In this document: positions 1 through 14,571 of the stretch, piece after piece
How the letters are laid out: each line of letters starts with the position of its first letter
Position numbering within the stretch: the stretch's first letter is position 1
Program-made: the position numbers and the translations under genes
DNA from: Eledone cirrhosa
Taxonomy: Eukaryota
DNA length: 64,000 nucleotides
Assembly (NCBI GenBank): GCA_964016885.1
Contig: OZ024743.1
Span: 192,634,001 to 192,698,000 of the forward strand
Direction of reading: 5' to 3'
The notes under the pieces: generated by a model
What the model saw: only the letters and a program-made list of their open reading frames with translations
The model's database searches: none
What the model was told of the DNA's origin: nothing

Positions 1-858
<858 letters not shown>

Positions 859-882
859 TTTGCTCTATGGTTTTTTTATATA

Positions 883-922
<40 letters not shown>

Positions 923-968
923 CCTTATCGCGCCCTCTTCGAATTTTAGTCTTCACATTTATTATTAT

Positions 969-1038
<70 letters not shown>

Positions 1039-1195
1039 AATGAAAAATTTGAACAGGGACAGAACAGAGAGGCAGTACAATAAATGTTTATTAAATTCAC
1101 GCTCAGGAGAGTGGGGGGTAGTTCAAGGAAACAACAAATAGAGGTACAAAAAGCCTTATTAGTTTCACGCTTTATATGGAAAAGGGGAAAGAAAG

Positions 1196-1229
1196 TTCGA
1201 CGTGTCGGGCTTTAGCCCTTCTTCAGGAA
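1196..1229 (-). ncRNA. Degenerate minimal type I hammerhead motif
   Basis: Minus strand reads ttc-CTGAAGA-a-gggc-taaa-gccc-GACA-cg-TC-gaa. GAAA is mutated to GACA; layout matches 26330-26365. Confidence 0.5.
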
Positions 1230-2049
1230 TACAAAAATAGAGACGGGATCACAAAGAGTAGATACAGAAAATAAAAAAGTAGTCCAAGTAAAGTAAAAAA
1301 AAAAAAACGAAAATAAAAAGAAAGTAAATAAGAGAAACCCTGAGGTAGTCTTGGTAACGATATTCTACATAAAAAAAAGCCCATCAAACAAAGGATATAA
1401 CTCCTATGAAATCATTCCATTGAAATAGAAACTGAAGGATGCGAGAAAATGTGGTCTTGGGAGACAATAAATGAACTCACAGTATCAAACTCATGGCTGT
1501 TGACGTTGCTTTTTATTCACTTTAGTTAAATGAAATATGTATCAGTAGCATACTAAAATGGCGGATGAACTCCATAGAGTCAACGGTCATCCACTCCAAC
1601 TATGGGTCAAATAGCCTCACCAATCTGTAATTGGCCAAGCGTGCTGAGTATGATAACACCCTTGACATGATCAAAACCAAACAGAAAGCGGTGGAGGTCA
1701 ACCAAGGAATATATATACTAGCATTAATTCTATATATTAGCTGGACCCGCCGAAATTCTATGGTGGTTGACAACTAAGACGATCGATCAATCGATCGATA
1801 AACCGATCACACGTTTTCCGAATGAGGTGGAACTCGTCAAATCAGATCAATCTTTTCATTGCTAATACTCTATGGCAGAAGGAGCAACGTGAAATAAAGT
1901 GTTTTGCTCAAGGACATAATTCATAACCTGGCTTGAGAATCGAACTCACAACCTCTCTAACCACTAAGCCACACGCCTTCACTGAGATACTACACACTGA
2001 CATATATTTGTACAATCACACATAAGTTTGTTCTCCTTCTCCGCCCACT

Positions 2050-2300
2050 TGTTACTGGGAAGGTCGTGGGGACAGAGTCCCCAAACATGACTTCCAACGG
2101 GTCCTGACAGAAGCAACCATCTCCAATTGATCCGGCTGGATACCTAAGAGACACCAGCCGAGCTCTAGGATGTTATCCAGTCATCTTGCTCGGGGTCTAC
2201 CCTGGATCTCCAGTCGGTTGGTTTTGCCTGTAAAATCTGTAAAGCAATTCTTTCTTGAGATATTCTAACCACATGCCCGTAATATCGGAGCTGTGATCTA
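2050..2300 (-). mobile_element. RTE-clade LINE ORF C-terminal remnant
   Basis: Minus strand translates to QLRYYGHVVRISQERIA..., the LRW/YxGHVxR motif of RTE ORF C-termini; frameshifted. Confidence 0.6.
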
Positions 2301-2362
2301 ATCCTTACATTGTTATCTATAATATTAATCTGTTTATATTACACAGTTGAAAGAATATGCAG

Positions 2363-2547
<185 letters not shown>

Positions 2548-2989
2548 TTATCGGGAGGAGCATGGAAATGATGAGAGGCAGAAGAAAAAGAACGCTATTT
2601 ACTGATGACATATAATCACACGCACACATATATGTGATATACAATGGTATGTAATCTTTATACTTATATAAGAGTGTAATAATTCTAATGTTTAATGAGT
2701 TTTTCTTTGCTTTTCGGCGTTATCACTGTCCATTGGATAAACACTTCACTCTCTTCTTACCTTTTCCTTCAACCGTGGAACATACGCACGCACATAAGCA
2801 GATAAATATTATAGACATACGCTACGTTAGGAATACTCTGAAAACTCGACTATGCACCGTAGAAATACGGCGAAATCTATTGAAGTTGTGAAAGATAAAC
2901 GTAATTTAATTTACCGACCCCAGTCAGTTTTACTATGACAGGAATACTTCAATTAGTATTAAAGGTGTACATGGATATATATACATAAT

Positions 2990-3138
2990 AATTGTTTCTA
3001 CTTTTGGCACAAGGCCAGCAATTACCCAGTACATTACTGGTACTTTATTTTATCGACCCCGTAAGGATAAAAGGCAAAGCTAATCTCGGCGAGATTTGAA
3101 GTCAGAATATAAAGGGCCGTAACTCTATGTCGCGAAGC
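2990..3138 (-). mobile_element. tRNA-derived SINE family A, truncated
   Basis: Reverse complement of the family A body (...GGGGTCGATAAAATAAAGTACCAG...GTAGAAACAATT). Confidence 0.85.
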
Positions 3139-3407
3139 AGGGTGACCAACGCTAATGCACAATAAATATAACATTTAATCTCACCGTGAGTATTTTAAGC
3201 TGTCATATCACAGCTTAAAATACTCACACTACCGGGGTAAGAGCGGTGTATACATAAATTTTATAGTCGTTACTGATCATCAACACTCAGTATCTTATGT
3301 CCAGACACTGGAGTATGAAAGACTGTAAAGTCTTATAGATTTCGTAAACTGCCCTTGATGTAAGCTTATTTACACAGAGTAGGCTTCATTGAGTAGCATT
3401 AATTAGT

Positions 3408-3588
3408 ATTGGCAGTATTGGAGGAGTGTCGGATGCCATGCTGTGGCGCATAGAGTTACGGCCTTTGCCATTCTGAGTTCAAATCCCGCCGAGGTTAACT
3501 TTGCCTTTCATCCTTACGGGGTCGATAAAATAAAGTACCAGTAATACACTGGGTAATTGCTGGCCTTGTGCCTAACGTAGAAACAATT
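3408..3588 (+). mobile_element. tRNA-derived SINE family A
   Basis: A-box-like TGGCAGTATTGG, B-box GAGTTCAAATCC, central GCCTTTCATCCTTACGGGGTCGATAAA resembling the Meta/MESC SINE domain. Confidence 0.9.
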
Positions 3589-3678
3589 AATTAGTGATAA
3601 CGCTAACATAACGGATTCAGAATAAAGCATATATGGAGTCATATACAATACGATCATAGCTTAAAATATCTTTAGTTA

Positions 3679-3866
3679 GCGGTGGATTGACAGTATCGGT
3701 AGAGGGTCAGACGCCATGCTTTGCATCATAGAGTTAGCCCCTTTACGTTCTGAGTTCAAATGCCGCCGAGGTTAACTTTGCCTTTCATCCTTACAGGGTC
3801 GATAAAATAAAGTACCAGTGATGCACTGGGTAATTGCTGGCCTTGTGCCAAAAGTAGAAACAATTA
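3679..3866 (+). mobile_element. tRNA-derived SINE family A
   Basis: Near full-length copy of the same consensus. Confidence 0.9.
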
Positions 3867-4326
3867 TATTTAAATAGATTGTATATGAGCTTAGGGTCTA
3901 TATACGATTTTATTCTGAATCACGCGGTGTTAGTGCTGTTAAAAAGCTAACTAGAAGTCAATATGAAGTGAGGAAAAGAAAATGATACTGCCCAATAGAT
4001 AGCTGTATTATTGTTCCTTAGTAACATACTGTATGACCAAATCATCAGAGCGTTAGACATTTCTTCTGGCGTTCTGCATCCTGAGTTCATATTCCGTCGA
4101 AGTTCACTTTCCCTTTCATCCTTTCGAAGTTCAATAAAGAAAATAGTCCAGTGTTGGTGCAGACCCCTCTCCTTCCAACTATTACATCCTGGATGTTCCA
4201 CTGGATCACGGAAGAGAGAGAGACGACGAGGTGGCCTCCTGTGTTTGCTTGAAATTGCATGAACACTGAAAACCCTTAGCGAAAGCATGGGAAATATTAC
4301 TCAAATGCGAGTGCCTACTGCAGTAG

Positions 4327-4434
<108 letters not shown>

Positions 4435-4832
4435 GTGCGTGCGTGTCTGTATTTGACAGTATGTCTCAATATGTGCAAATATATTTATTGTTGTTGTTTT
4501 TGATTGGTGTGGGCGCAGCATGGCGTTGGTGCCGTATTCGATCCTATGGCGTGGCATCTTGAAAAGTGCCACTCACCATAGCCTCGAGTCGGCCTAAACG
4601 TTGTGAGTGAAATTGTGTAAACGGAAAGTCTTGCAGGACCATCGGATGGACTGTACTTGTGATTCAAAGGGTCAACTTTATAACACACTGAATCTTTCTA
4701 AGAATTACATTTTGGGTACACGTGTCTGTGGAATACTCAGTCAATAACACGTTAATTTCATAAGCACGCTATTACATCGAAACCGACGGGGTTCTATTTA
4801 TATAAAAAAGGTGGTGGAGGAAGAAACAAGAA

Positions 4833-5040
4833 TCGGCTGAAAAGTTCATAGGCAGAAAAGTTCATAGGCTGACTAAGACACTATGGCAGAAATACCAAAT
4901 GAGGTTTATTTTTCAATATAGTCCCTGGATAGAAACAATGCAGTTATTAATAAGTAGAGTTCAAAGTGATGCATGCAGGATTTCACAGCTCTAGCATCAC
5001 TCCTTTATAGTTAGCCTGTGAACTTTTCCGCCCACCCTCG
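4833..5040. mobile_element. Mariner-derived MITE (inverse copy of 21741-21938)
   Basis: TIR-like TCGGCTGAAAAGTTCATAGG ... CCTGTGAACTTTTCCGCCCACCCTCG; internal sequence is shared with 21741-21938. Confidence 0.75.
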
Positions 5041-5576
5041 TCCGAATGTCGACAGAAACCTGTAGACAAAATACAAGTATGTGAGTGCGAATGTCTGTGA
5101 TTTGCATACAAAACAGTAGATAGACCCTCAGCAAGATTCGTGTGAAAACTGATAATAGGAAACTGGTGAGTTTCTCGGAAGACAAACGGTGGCCAAGTCA
5201 ATAAATAAGTCGACCTTTCGACAGTTCATATTCTTTTAAAGGCGTTGTTTTTGTTGTTGAATCTCCGTCAGTTCCAACGAAGAGTTTTTTAGTTGTTCGA
5301 CCAATGGAACAACCTGTTAATGGAATTAGCATGCAAATGGCAGAACATTCCACAGACATTTCCACTCCTTATTGTAGTTTTAGACATACCCCCCCCCCCC
5401 CCCATATTGAATCATTCTCCTACTAGATAGATTCAAATAGTACTTAATATATCGACCCAGGACCGATGAAATACAAACATCCATTGTAGTGGCATTTAAA
5501 CAAGGAACATTACAAAAACTAAAATAAGGTATATACACTGGATTCGTATTTTAGGCGGTTTTTTAAGGTACAGGGT

Positions 5577-5646
<70 letters not shown>

Positions 5647-6071
5647 GAATAAGGAAAATGCAAAGTGTGTTGTAGATGTTAAAGAGTCCTTTATTGATAA
5701 ACAGCAAACTTTATATTTTCCTTATTCTAAATATACTTCGTCATCCATATTTGGAAGAAGCAACATGAAGTTGAGTGCTTGATTTGAACTGCATCAATAT
5801 TTACCGTAAGTATATATATATATATATATTATATATATATATATATTATATATATATATATATATTCTAATACGAAAATGCTGATGCTGTAAAAGGTGTC
5901 CCGTTCCACAGGAAACCATATCACATAATCTCAAGAAATGTAAAGCCTATTCCACCTATTCCATTACTATTCTTTTCTCGAGTTTTCTGAACCTCCAGAG
6001 AACCTGATGCTGTATTGTATCGACATATATAACAACGTTTATATAAAAGTCTTTAACAATGGCAGTTTTTA

Positions 6072-6250
6072 ATAATTGTTTTTACTTTTGGCACAATGCC
6101 AGCAATTACCCAGTACATTACTGGTACTTTATTTTATCGACCCCGTAAGGATGAAAGGCAAAGTTAACCTCGGCGGGATTTGAACTCAGACTGTAAAGGG
6201 ACGTAACTATGCTGAAAAGCATGGCGTCCGACCCTCTAATGGCAGTGCTG
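6072..6250 (-). mobile_element. tRNA-derived SINE family A
   Basis: Reverse complement of the family A consensus. Confidence 0.9.
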
Positions 6251-6441
6251 CAGAAGTAATCGACCGTGTAAGATGTGGACACACCGTATATTAAAATCCT
6301 ATACATTAATATGTACGTGTATATATGTGTGTCGTGTGAATGTGAATCAGGGGCCGATTATATGTGCATGAGACATGGCTGTAGCCCAGTCACATTTCCC
6401 TCGATCCGAATCTGGTATCGGGGAGCCAATTTGACCGTGTA

Positions 6442-6630
6442 AGATTGGCAGTATCGGTAGAGCGTCAGACACCATGTTTGCAGCAGAGTTATGACCCTTT
6501 ACGTTCTGAGTTCAAATCCCACCGAGGTTAACTTTGCCTTTCATCCTTACGGGGTCGATAAAATAAAGTACCAGTAATGCACTGAAGTAATTGGTAATTG
6601 CTGGCCTTGTGCAAAAAGTAGAAACAATTA
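6442..6630 (+). mobile_element. tRNA-derived SINE family A
   Basis: A/B boxes plus conserved body. Confidence 0.9.
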
Positions 6631-7025
6631 TATGTTAAAATCCTATACATACAGATGTGTGTATGCATGTGTGTGTGGGGTGGGGAGGGGGCGCGTGGTA
6701 GTTCGTGTTCAATTAAAAATGGAAGCAGAAGATTTGCGTGGCAATGATAAGTTACATAAATAAAGTGTTGTAAAAAAAAATAAGAGTATATGAGCCACTA
6801 ATGTACGGTATATAAACAAATAAATGGCTGGCTGTCTCCTCAATTGCCGGTTGCAGGTTTAAACTATTGCTGTTTATGTGTATATTTGATTATAACATTA
6901 GATGTCGCCAGAGATTTTCAGCTCCACGAGTACTTATTATGTAAACTATAATAAAATTGCTTCAAAGATAGGTTTGTTTAAGTTCTGACTTAAATACTGA
7001 TACTACATATATGCTTGCATAGAAA

Positions 7026-7474
7026 TAATTGTTTCTACTTTTGGCACAAGGCCAGCAATTACGCAGTGCATTACTGGTACTTTATTTTATCGACCCCGTA
7101 AGGATGAAAGGCAAAGTTAACCTCGGCGGGATTTGTACTCATATCATACAGGGAGGTAACTCTATGCTTCAAAGCATGGCGTCCGACCCTCTACCGATAC
7201 TGCCATTCCACCGCCTTATGCTTGCATAGAAATAATTGTCTCTACTTTAGGCACAAGGCCAGCAATTACCCAGTGCATTACTGCTACTTTATTTTATCGA
7301 CCACGTAAGGATGAAAGGCAAAGTCAAATGCTTTGACGTATAGAGTTACGTCCCTTGCCATTCTGAGTTCAAATCTCGCCGAGGTTAACTTTGCCTTTCA
7401 TCCTTACGGGGTCGATAAAATAAAGTACCAGTAAAGGACTGGGTAATTGCTGGCCTTGTGCCAAACGTAGAAAC

Positions 7475-7479
<5 letters not shown>
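7026..7479. mobile_element. Cluster of three family A SINEs (full minus, partial minus, partial plus)
   Basis: The full copy 7026-7216 is flanked by the direct repeat TATGCTTGCATAGAAATAAT (TSD-like), followed by two oppositely oriented partial copies. Confidence 0.85.
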
Positions 7480-7525
<46 letters not shown>

Positions 7526-7731
7526 AGAAGGTAGTACAGCATAATCGAAGCTCTGGTTCCGGGCAAGCTAACGAATGCTGTCGGGAAGTGTAGCCAAAAG
7601 CACTCAATAAGGAATTTTACCTTAGAGTTATAACATTACGTTTGGACAGCTATGCAAATTGAAGCCAGCGACCGAAATGCGAGCCGCTAAGACCAGAACA
7701 ACGAAAAAACGGACTCAGGGAAATGTTTGAC

Positions 7732-7816
<85 letters not shown>

Positions 7817-7898
7817 TATATATATATATATTAATATATATATATATATATATACATGCACATATATATATATATACACACACACATACTGTATATGC

Positions 7899-7931
<33 letters not shown>

Positions 7932-8041
7932 AATATGTATACATACACACACACACATACTGTATATGCATATATATATATGTGTGTATATATATATATA
8001 TGTGTGTATATTTATATACATATATATATGTGTGTGTATAC

Positions 8042-8073
<32 letters not shown>

Positions 8074-8307
8074 GTGTGTGTATACATATATATGTGTGTA
8101 TACATATACACCTACGCACCAATCTCACCACCATCACCACCAACAACATCAACAGCATCTATAGAAGTCCGTTTATATAATTTGATTCGTATTTTTAATA
8201 GCGCCTATCTTGTGTATATATGTTTGTGTGTGTTTCTAGATTGATGACTAATTTAAGCTCCCATTTGTATATGTAAGCAGTTGAATATCAATTGGAACAT
8301 GTGAAGA

Positions 8308-8600
8308 AGCGCGTGGCTTAGTGGTTAGGGTGTTGGGTTCATGATAGTGAACTCGATTCCCGAAGGCGCGTTGTGTCCTTGATGAAGAAAGACACTTTAT
8401 TTCACCTTGCTCCAGTCCTAGTTCACTCAGCCGGGAAAATGTAATTCACAGATTCAGCGTTGTGTCATACTGAATCTCCCTGAGAACTATGTTGAGGGTG
8501 CATTGTGTCGGTGTAAGCTCAGCAACCTGCTTCTTAATTTCACAAGTAGGCGGTTCGGTTAATCAAACTACTGGAACCCTCGTCGGAACCGACGGAGACC
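8308..8600 (+). mobile_element. tRNA-derived SINE family B
   Basis: GCGCGTGGCTTAGTGGTTAGGG A-box, CTCGATTCC B-box-like, GTGTCCTTG...GACACTTTATTTCAC core; related copies near 1870-1980, 9410-9727, 33255-33350 and 43265-43365. Confidence 0.75.
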
Positions 8601-9409
8601 CCAAAACATCAAGCTATTGACAAAAATGTCTGATACACTTTTAGTTTGTTTCTTGTTCTAATTCCCTATAGGTGTCTAAGCACAGCTTATGCAGTCTTTT
8701 AGTTTATAACAACAAAAACAATTGGTGAAGGCATGGCTGAATGGTTAAGGAGTTCGCTTCGCAACCACAAGGTTCGGGATTCGAGCCCTTTGTGCAGCAC
8801 CTTGGGCAAGTGTTTTCTGCTATAGCTTGTTGTTGAACGCAAGATCTTTGAGTTATAAATCTTAAACAAGATCGGAACGTCAGCAGCCCGTCTGAGGAAG
8901 GAGCTTTGCGAGGTGGGGTGGCTGTTGTAGCGGGTGTCGCTGGCTATTGTCTGCGGGAATGCTTTTACAGTCTTGTCCGTGGGGCGCAACCCCAATACCA
9001 CTGCGCTCTAAGCCCAGAGACCATCACCCTCTTCCCATTCTTCTGTGACCCTAGAGCCCTTGCTATTTCCTTCCTTTACCGTTTTCATAAACCACAAAAG
9101 ACACTTGAATCTTAAACTATATTCACTCAGTTATTTTGCCCGGTATGATACCATCCCCTCGTCTAATGGTACCCTTAGTGGAATTCATTCCGTTGCAAGT
9201 ATTCAGGAGTTGTCGAGTTAGTTAATATTTATAATTGATTTCAAATTAACTCTTTGATTGATTGTTTTTTTTTGGGGGGGGGGGGGTACTGTTTTAAGTC
9301 ATCGCTCATAATTTGTTGTCAGAGTGAAACTTTGATCTCGTACTGGGAAATACTTCAATTGGTTGCATATACCTAGGTACCAGTAGCTTCATGTTTATGA
9401 TTTAACTGG

Positions 9410-9727
9410 CACTCCGTCGGTTACAACGACGAGTGTTCCAGTTGATCCCATCAACGGAACATCCTGCTTGTGAAATTAACTTGCAAGTGGCTGAGCATTC
9501 CACAGACACGCGTACATTTAACATAATTCTCAGGGAAATTCAGCGTGGCACAGTATGTGACAAAGCTGGCTTTTCGAATTGCAGTTACAACTCATTTTTG
9601 CTAGCTGAATGGATTGGAGCAACGTGCAATAAAGTGTCTTGCTCAACGACACCGCGCGCCACCGGGAAACGAACTAACGACCTTATGATTGTGAGCCAAA
9701 TACCCTAACCACAAAGCCACGCGCATT
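9410..9727 (-). mobile_element. tRNA-derived SINE family B
   Basis: Reverse-complement similarity to 8308-8600. Confidence 0.75.
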
Positions 9728-9986
9728 CACGTTTATGATTTAGGATAGTACTAAAAGCTAACATCAAATATATAGCACCTGAATTACAACATAACAGTAA
9801 CCTGTACTTCATCATGGTTTCTATTTACAGCCAAATCGACTGTAAATGTATTCACAACATCAACACCAACATCAGTGTCATCAGCTGAAGTGGCAGCAGC
9901 TAGTAAGATGATCAGAAGTTAATAAGGATTTGTAGCTGTAATAACAGCCGACAAACTATTTTTAGCAATAATAATAATAATAATAA

Positions 9987-10175
9987 TAATTGTTTCTACT
10001 TTAGGAACAAGGCCAGCAATTACCCAGTGCATTACTGGTACTTTATTTTATCGACCCCGTAAGGATGAAAGGCAAAGTCAACCTCGGCGGGATTTGAACT
10101 CAGATCGTAAAGCGACGTAACTATGCTGGAAAGCATGGCGTCCGACCCTCTACCGATACTGCCAATCCACCGCCC
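9987..10175 (-). mobile_element. tRNA-derived SINE family A, full length
   Basis: Near-consensus copy within a (TAA)n tract. Confidence 0.9.
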
Positions 10176-10177
10176 TT

Positions 10178-11186
10178 ATAATAATAATAATAAATAATAA
10201 TGCTTTCTTTATTAACCACAAGGGTTTACAGAAAGTAGACATTAAGGACAGTACAGGACAATACAGGACGGTACAAAAGGGCATTTCTGCGTGTAAAAAA
10301 ACAAAAAAACAGAGGATGTAATAATAGAACAATGAAAAAATTCCCCAATAGGGACTTCCTAGGGACATTCGTGGAGAAAGCCCATTAAAAAGCCACAGTA
10401 ACCCTGACCACCAGGGCAAGTGCCCTCTCCCAGTTTTCCACCTTTAATTTACAGACACATACTCAGAGTAGGCCCATTCACTCGGGCCATTCTTGCTTCT
10501 CTCACCCATCTTTCAACAAAAAGCTGGTAAGAGAACACTTCCCTCTCTACCCTGATTTTCCTTTTCAAATGAAATTTGAAAAAGTCAATCAGGGCATCAC
10601 CGAAGAGGTAAGTGCTCGTCTTCAGCCCTTTCAAACGTGTCCACCATACTATCTCTTTCGCCATGGCCACCAGACAGATAAAAACTGCCTGCCCTTCCCG
10701 GCTAAAGGAAGAGGGCGGAGCAATCCTTAAGATGGACTCGGCTGATAACTGGATCCGTCCTACACACGACAGCAGATGTTCGACATAAACCCACAAGTCA
10801 GCAATGCTCGGACATTGGACGAGTGCGTGCAGGACGGTTTCGTCGCCCTGCGCGCATCTCGGACATGCCCGGCTGACGGCACTTCCATGTCTGTAGAGTT
10901 TATCCCGAACTGGCAAGGCTCCTCGGTAGCACTGCCAGGCCAGGGATTTCTGGAAGTTGTCCATAGGCCCCGGCCCGAAAGTTCTTCCGAAGAGATTGGC
11001 TAGTTGATTTTCGTCGACGCCTAGAGTTTCCCCAAGTACGTCGTCGCTCTTCCCCTTCACTAATCCTCTATAGAATGCCGAGGTGAAGTTTCCACCGATC
11101 ACATTGCCCGATTGGTCGAGGGCTGTGAGCGCCCGAAGACATTCCAGTCTCCAAGCGCTCCCTCTCGGTCTTCGCTTGACCCAATA
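10178..11186 (-). mobile_element. 5'-truncated Tx1/L1-clade LINE (ORF2 C-terminal CCHC zinc-binding region, 3' UTR, (ATT)n tail)
   Basis: ORF 10449-11255 has W..YRGALPVRDKL...CPRC...ETVLHALVQC, a zf-RVT-type motif; the 3' UTR ends AATAAAGAAAGC(ATT)n. Confidence 0.85.
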
Positions 11187-11252
11187 GTAAATAATAATAA
11201 TGCTTTCTTTATTAACCACAAGGGTTGACACAAAGTATAACATTAAGGACAA
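11187..11252 (-). mobile_element. Second 3' tail of the same Tx1-like LINE
   Basis: ATAATAATAATGCTTTCTTTATTAACCACAAGGG repeats 10191-10224; a related tail occurs at about 38412-38500. Confidence 0.75.
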
Positions 11253-11266
11253 CAAGATAATAGATA

Positions 11267-11431
11267 ATAATTGTTTCTACTTTTTGGCACAAGGCCAGCA
11301 ATTATCCAGTGTATTACTGGTACTTTATTTTATCGACCCCGTAAGGATGAAAGGCAAAGTCAACCTCGGCGGGATTTGAACTCAGAATGGCAAGGGCCGT
11401 AACTCTATGCATGGCGTCCGTCCTCTACCGA
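11267..11431 (-). mobile_element. tRNA-derived SINE family A
   Basis: Reverse complement of the consensus. Confidence 0.9.
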
Positions 11432-11436
11432 TAAAT

Positions 11437-11449
11437 AGTAATAATAATA

Positions 11450-11514
<65 letters not shown>

Positions 11515-11638
11515 GGTGGTGGTGGTGGTGGTGGTGGTGGTGGTGGTAGTGGTGAAGAAGAAGAAGAAGAAGAAGAAGAAGAAGAAGAAGAAGAAGAAGA
11601 AGAAGAACAACAACAACAACAACAATAATAATAATAAT
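11437..11638. repeat. Compound trinucleotide microsatellite (AAT)(GAT)(GGT)(GAA)(CAA)(TAA)
   Basis: Read directly. Confidence 0.95.
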
Positions 11639-12304
11639 CGTTATAAAAACAAAATTAGCGGTAAATTACATCATTGTGAGTAGAGAAGCCCTATATTGTA
11701 TTGTATTAGAGGAGGAAATGGGAGTTGCCAAATTTATTCCTTTTCAAAGAGAGCATTTAGTGTAAATAACGTGAAGTTGCTTCAAAACTACGTCACGGAA
11801 CGAAAACTGGAAAGTAGGCCACGGTCGCTATTTAGCAAACTTATCTTCTCTTCTCTTCTCAAGCATGAGCCACAGTAATCATTACACTTGATTAATTTTT
11901 TGATTACATATACATACCCGAAATTTCAAAAAAAATATCAGATGCTAAGATTTGCGCCATTTTGTCCCGGTTCTGTGATTTAATACCTTCATGTATAACT
12001 TTTCAATTCCAATTACTTGCGCCAAGCTAACTTTGATATGTAAAATTAGGGGGTTTGCTGTGTATTCTAATTTTTTTGTGTATAAGGGTCCCTAAAAAAA
12101 CTGAAGTTTCCGGGACCCCAAAGATAAATCTGTACTTTGCTTGTATTTTATTTTATCAAAGCCGGAAGCGTGAAGTCAAAGTTAAACTAGGTTAGAACAT
12201 AAGAAAATAAAAGAAACCGTTTTTCAGATCGGCCTCAATTCAGAAATGCTTCCACACACATAAATATATATAGTGATCAGAAGTAAAAAAAAAAAAAACG
12301 AAAA

Positions 12305-12612
12305 TAATTGTTTCTACTTTTGGCACAAGACCAGCAATTACTCCAGTGCATTACTGGTACTTTATTATATCGACCCCGTAAGGATGAAATGCAAAGCTAA
12401 CCGCGATGGAATTTGAACTCAGGACTGCCAATTCAAAACGAAAATAATAGTTTCTACGTTTGGCACAAGGCCAGCAATTACCCCAGTGCATTACTGGTGC
12501 TTTATTTTATTGATCCCGTAAGGGTGAAAGGCAAAGTTAAACTCGGCGGGATTTGAACCCAGACTGTAAAGAGCCGTAACTCCATGCTGCAAAGCATGGC
12601 GTCCGACCCTCT
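12305..12612 (-). mobile_element. Two tandem family A SINE copies
   Basis: Both are preceded by AAAACGAAAATAAT. Confidence 0.85.
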
Positions 12613-13152
12613 AAATAAGAGTTAGGTAGTCTTGGTAACGTAAATTGGAACTCTAAGTGAAACGTGTGTTTATTAGTGTCGATATTATGTGTGAGTGTAC
12701 GTATATGTTTAAACATGTGTTATATTAAAAAATGATTTTATAACGCATCAAAGTTTGTGTGTGTATATCCGTGTGTGTGTGATTGTGGATTTTTATGTAT
12801 GAGTGAATATAAGTTTGAATGTGTGTACTGTATATGTGCGTTTGAACACAGACCGTAAAGGGCCATAATAATTAGTGTGGTACCACGAAAAACAGGAAGA
12901 ATAAGGCTGGAAGAAGTGGTCAGGAAAAATCTAGTGTTCAATCCTTAACATATATTTCTGTACAATTACATAACTGTCTACATTCACTGACTGCATAATC
13001 CAATGCTCAATCGTATGCATTACGTTATAATTATTCCACTTCAGCAGAAAGAAATTAACAGGGAGGAAGAGAAAAAAAAATGTTATAGTCCAAGGTAAGG
13101 ATGCCGCATTTCTACAATATATATATATATATATATATCATCAATTCATGTA

Positions 13153-13214
13153 TTTTATCTGACGAGGACGTACTGAAAAAACAGCACAGTACCTTCGAAA
13201 TATATATAATAAAA
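13153..13214 (+). ncRNA. Type I hammerhead ribozyme motif
   Basis: ttttat-CTGACGA-ggac-gtactg...cagtac-cttc-GAAA-tatata-TA-ataaaa: 6-bp stem I and palindromic helix III loop; homologous to 35573-35638. Confidence 0.7.
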
Positions 13215-13655
13215 CATATATTTTGATTATGTGAATGTCTTCAAGTACACAGATATATGTATATATTGTTAGAAATCTTAAACCTAATAAATAACTGTAA
13301 CCACAGTCGATGGATAGGAATAAAAACTTATGAAATCAGAAAATCAGATACCTTTATAGATGGGAAAAAAGTGTTCAGTAGCAGCTACGAAGAATCGAAC
13401 ACCCTACCTTTCAAATTCCGGATGGGTGCTCTAAACAATAGAATTTTTACAGGTTCAGCTAGTTTTAATATAAATTATCTAGCCATGAAGCTGATCAGAC
13501 CACCCATACCAAAGTTCATTTTTTTTTTTACGGAAATACGACCATTAATATGTACGTCAGACATGCCTTACTTGAGAAATTGCTTTAGACGTATTTTATT
13601 GCTTTTAGCGAAGCATCGGTCTGTGTGTGCGTATGTGAACAAACGCACACTCACG

Positions 13656-13790
<135 letters not shown>

Positions 13791-14254
13791 CCCTCCTTCT
13801 CTGTCACTCATTCTCGACAGTCACTCGTAATCGAGCATGACTTAATATTAGATATTATCTTCACTAATTATTATAGTTAAATGATTAAGTAATTCCATCA
13901 ACGATGCTTCGCTCTATCATGGGATTGCAGGCAAAAGGCAATGGCACAACCACGCCTGCAGAAAAATTGTGTAACTTACGAAGCGTTGGGTGAGTTTTAA
14001 AATTTCAAAATGTGAACGGTCCAATGCTGAAAATGACAGTAATAACAATTGATCGTTATAAATAATGGGTGTCTTTAGAGGTAATAGTTCTAATTTTCTC
14101 AATATTATTCATAATTATTGCAATATGTTTCTTCCGGTGCTTATATTGTAAAATACTTAATATACTGACATATATATACTTAGTATATAAAGTATTTTCT
14201 TCTTTTTTTTTTTGTGAAGCGTGAGATTCCTAGTCTTAATTAAGAAAACTCTCT

Positions 14255-14430
14255 AGGAGAAGGTCACTGATATAAAATCTGGGACTTCGTCTGCATACAA
14301 TGATGTAGACCAGTTCTACTTTTTGGGTAGATGGGCATTCGGTGTTCAAAGAGTGGGATTGGCCCTGTGCAAAGCCCTTACTCACTTGAAAAAGCTTCAA
14401 GCACAGGCATCGCTTGATATGTGACATTTT
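14255..14430 (+). mobile_element. Degenerate copy of the RTE-derived element at 50534-51147
   Basis: Similar to 50760-50950 in reverse complement; the ORF track shows a matching AQ.QSHSLN peptide. Confidence 0.55.
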
Positions 14431-14571
14431 TGGCGATGCATGGTATTGCTGGCCAGAGGCAAATCCCTAGCAAGACTAAAAATATACGTCTGTGCTGTTC
14501 ATGCTTAAGTATCAAGCGATAGCATTACGCGAAATCGAGTTGCAGCCATCATATATATATATATATATATA

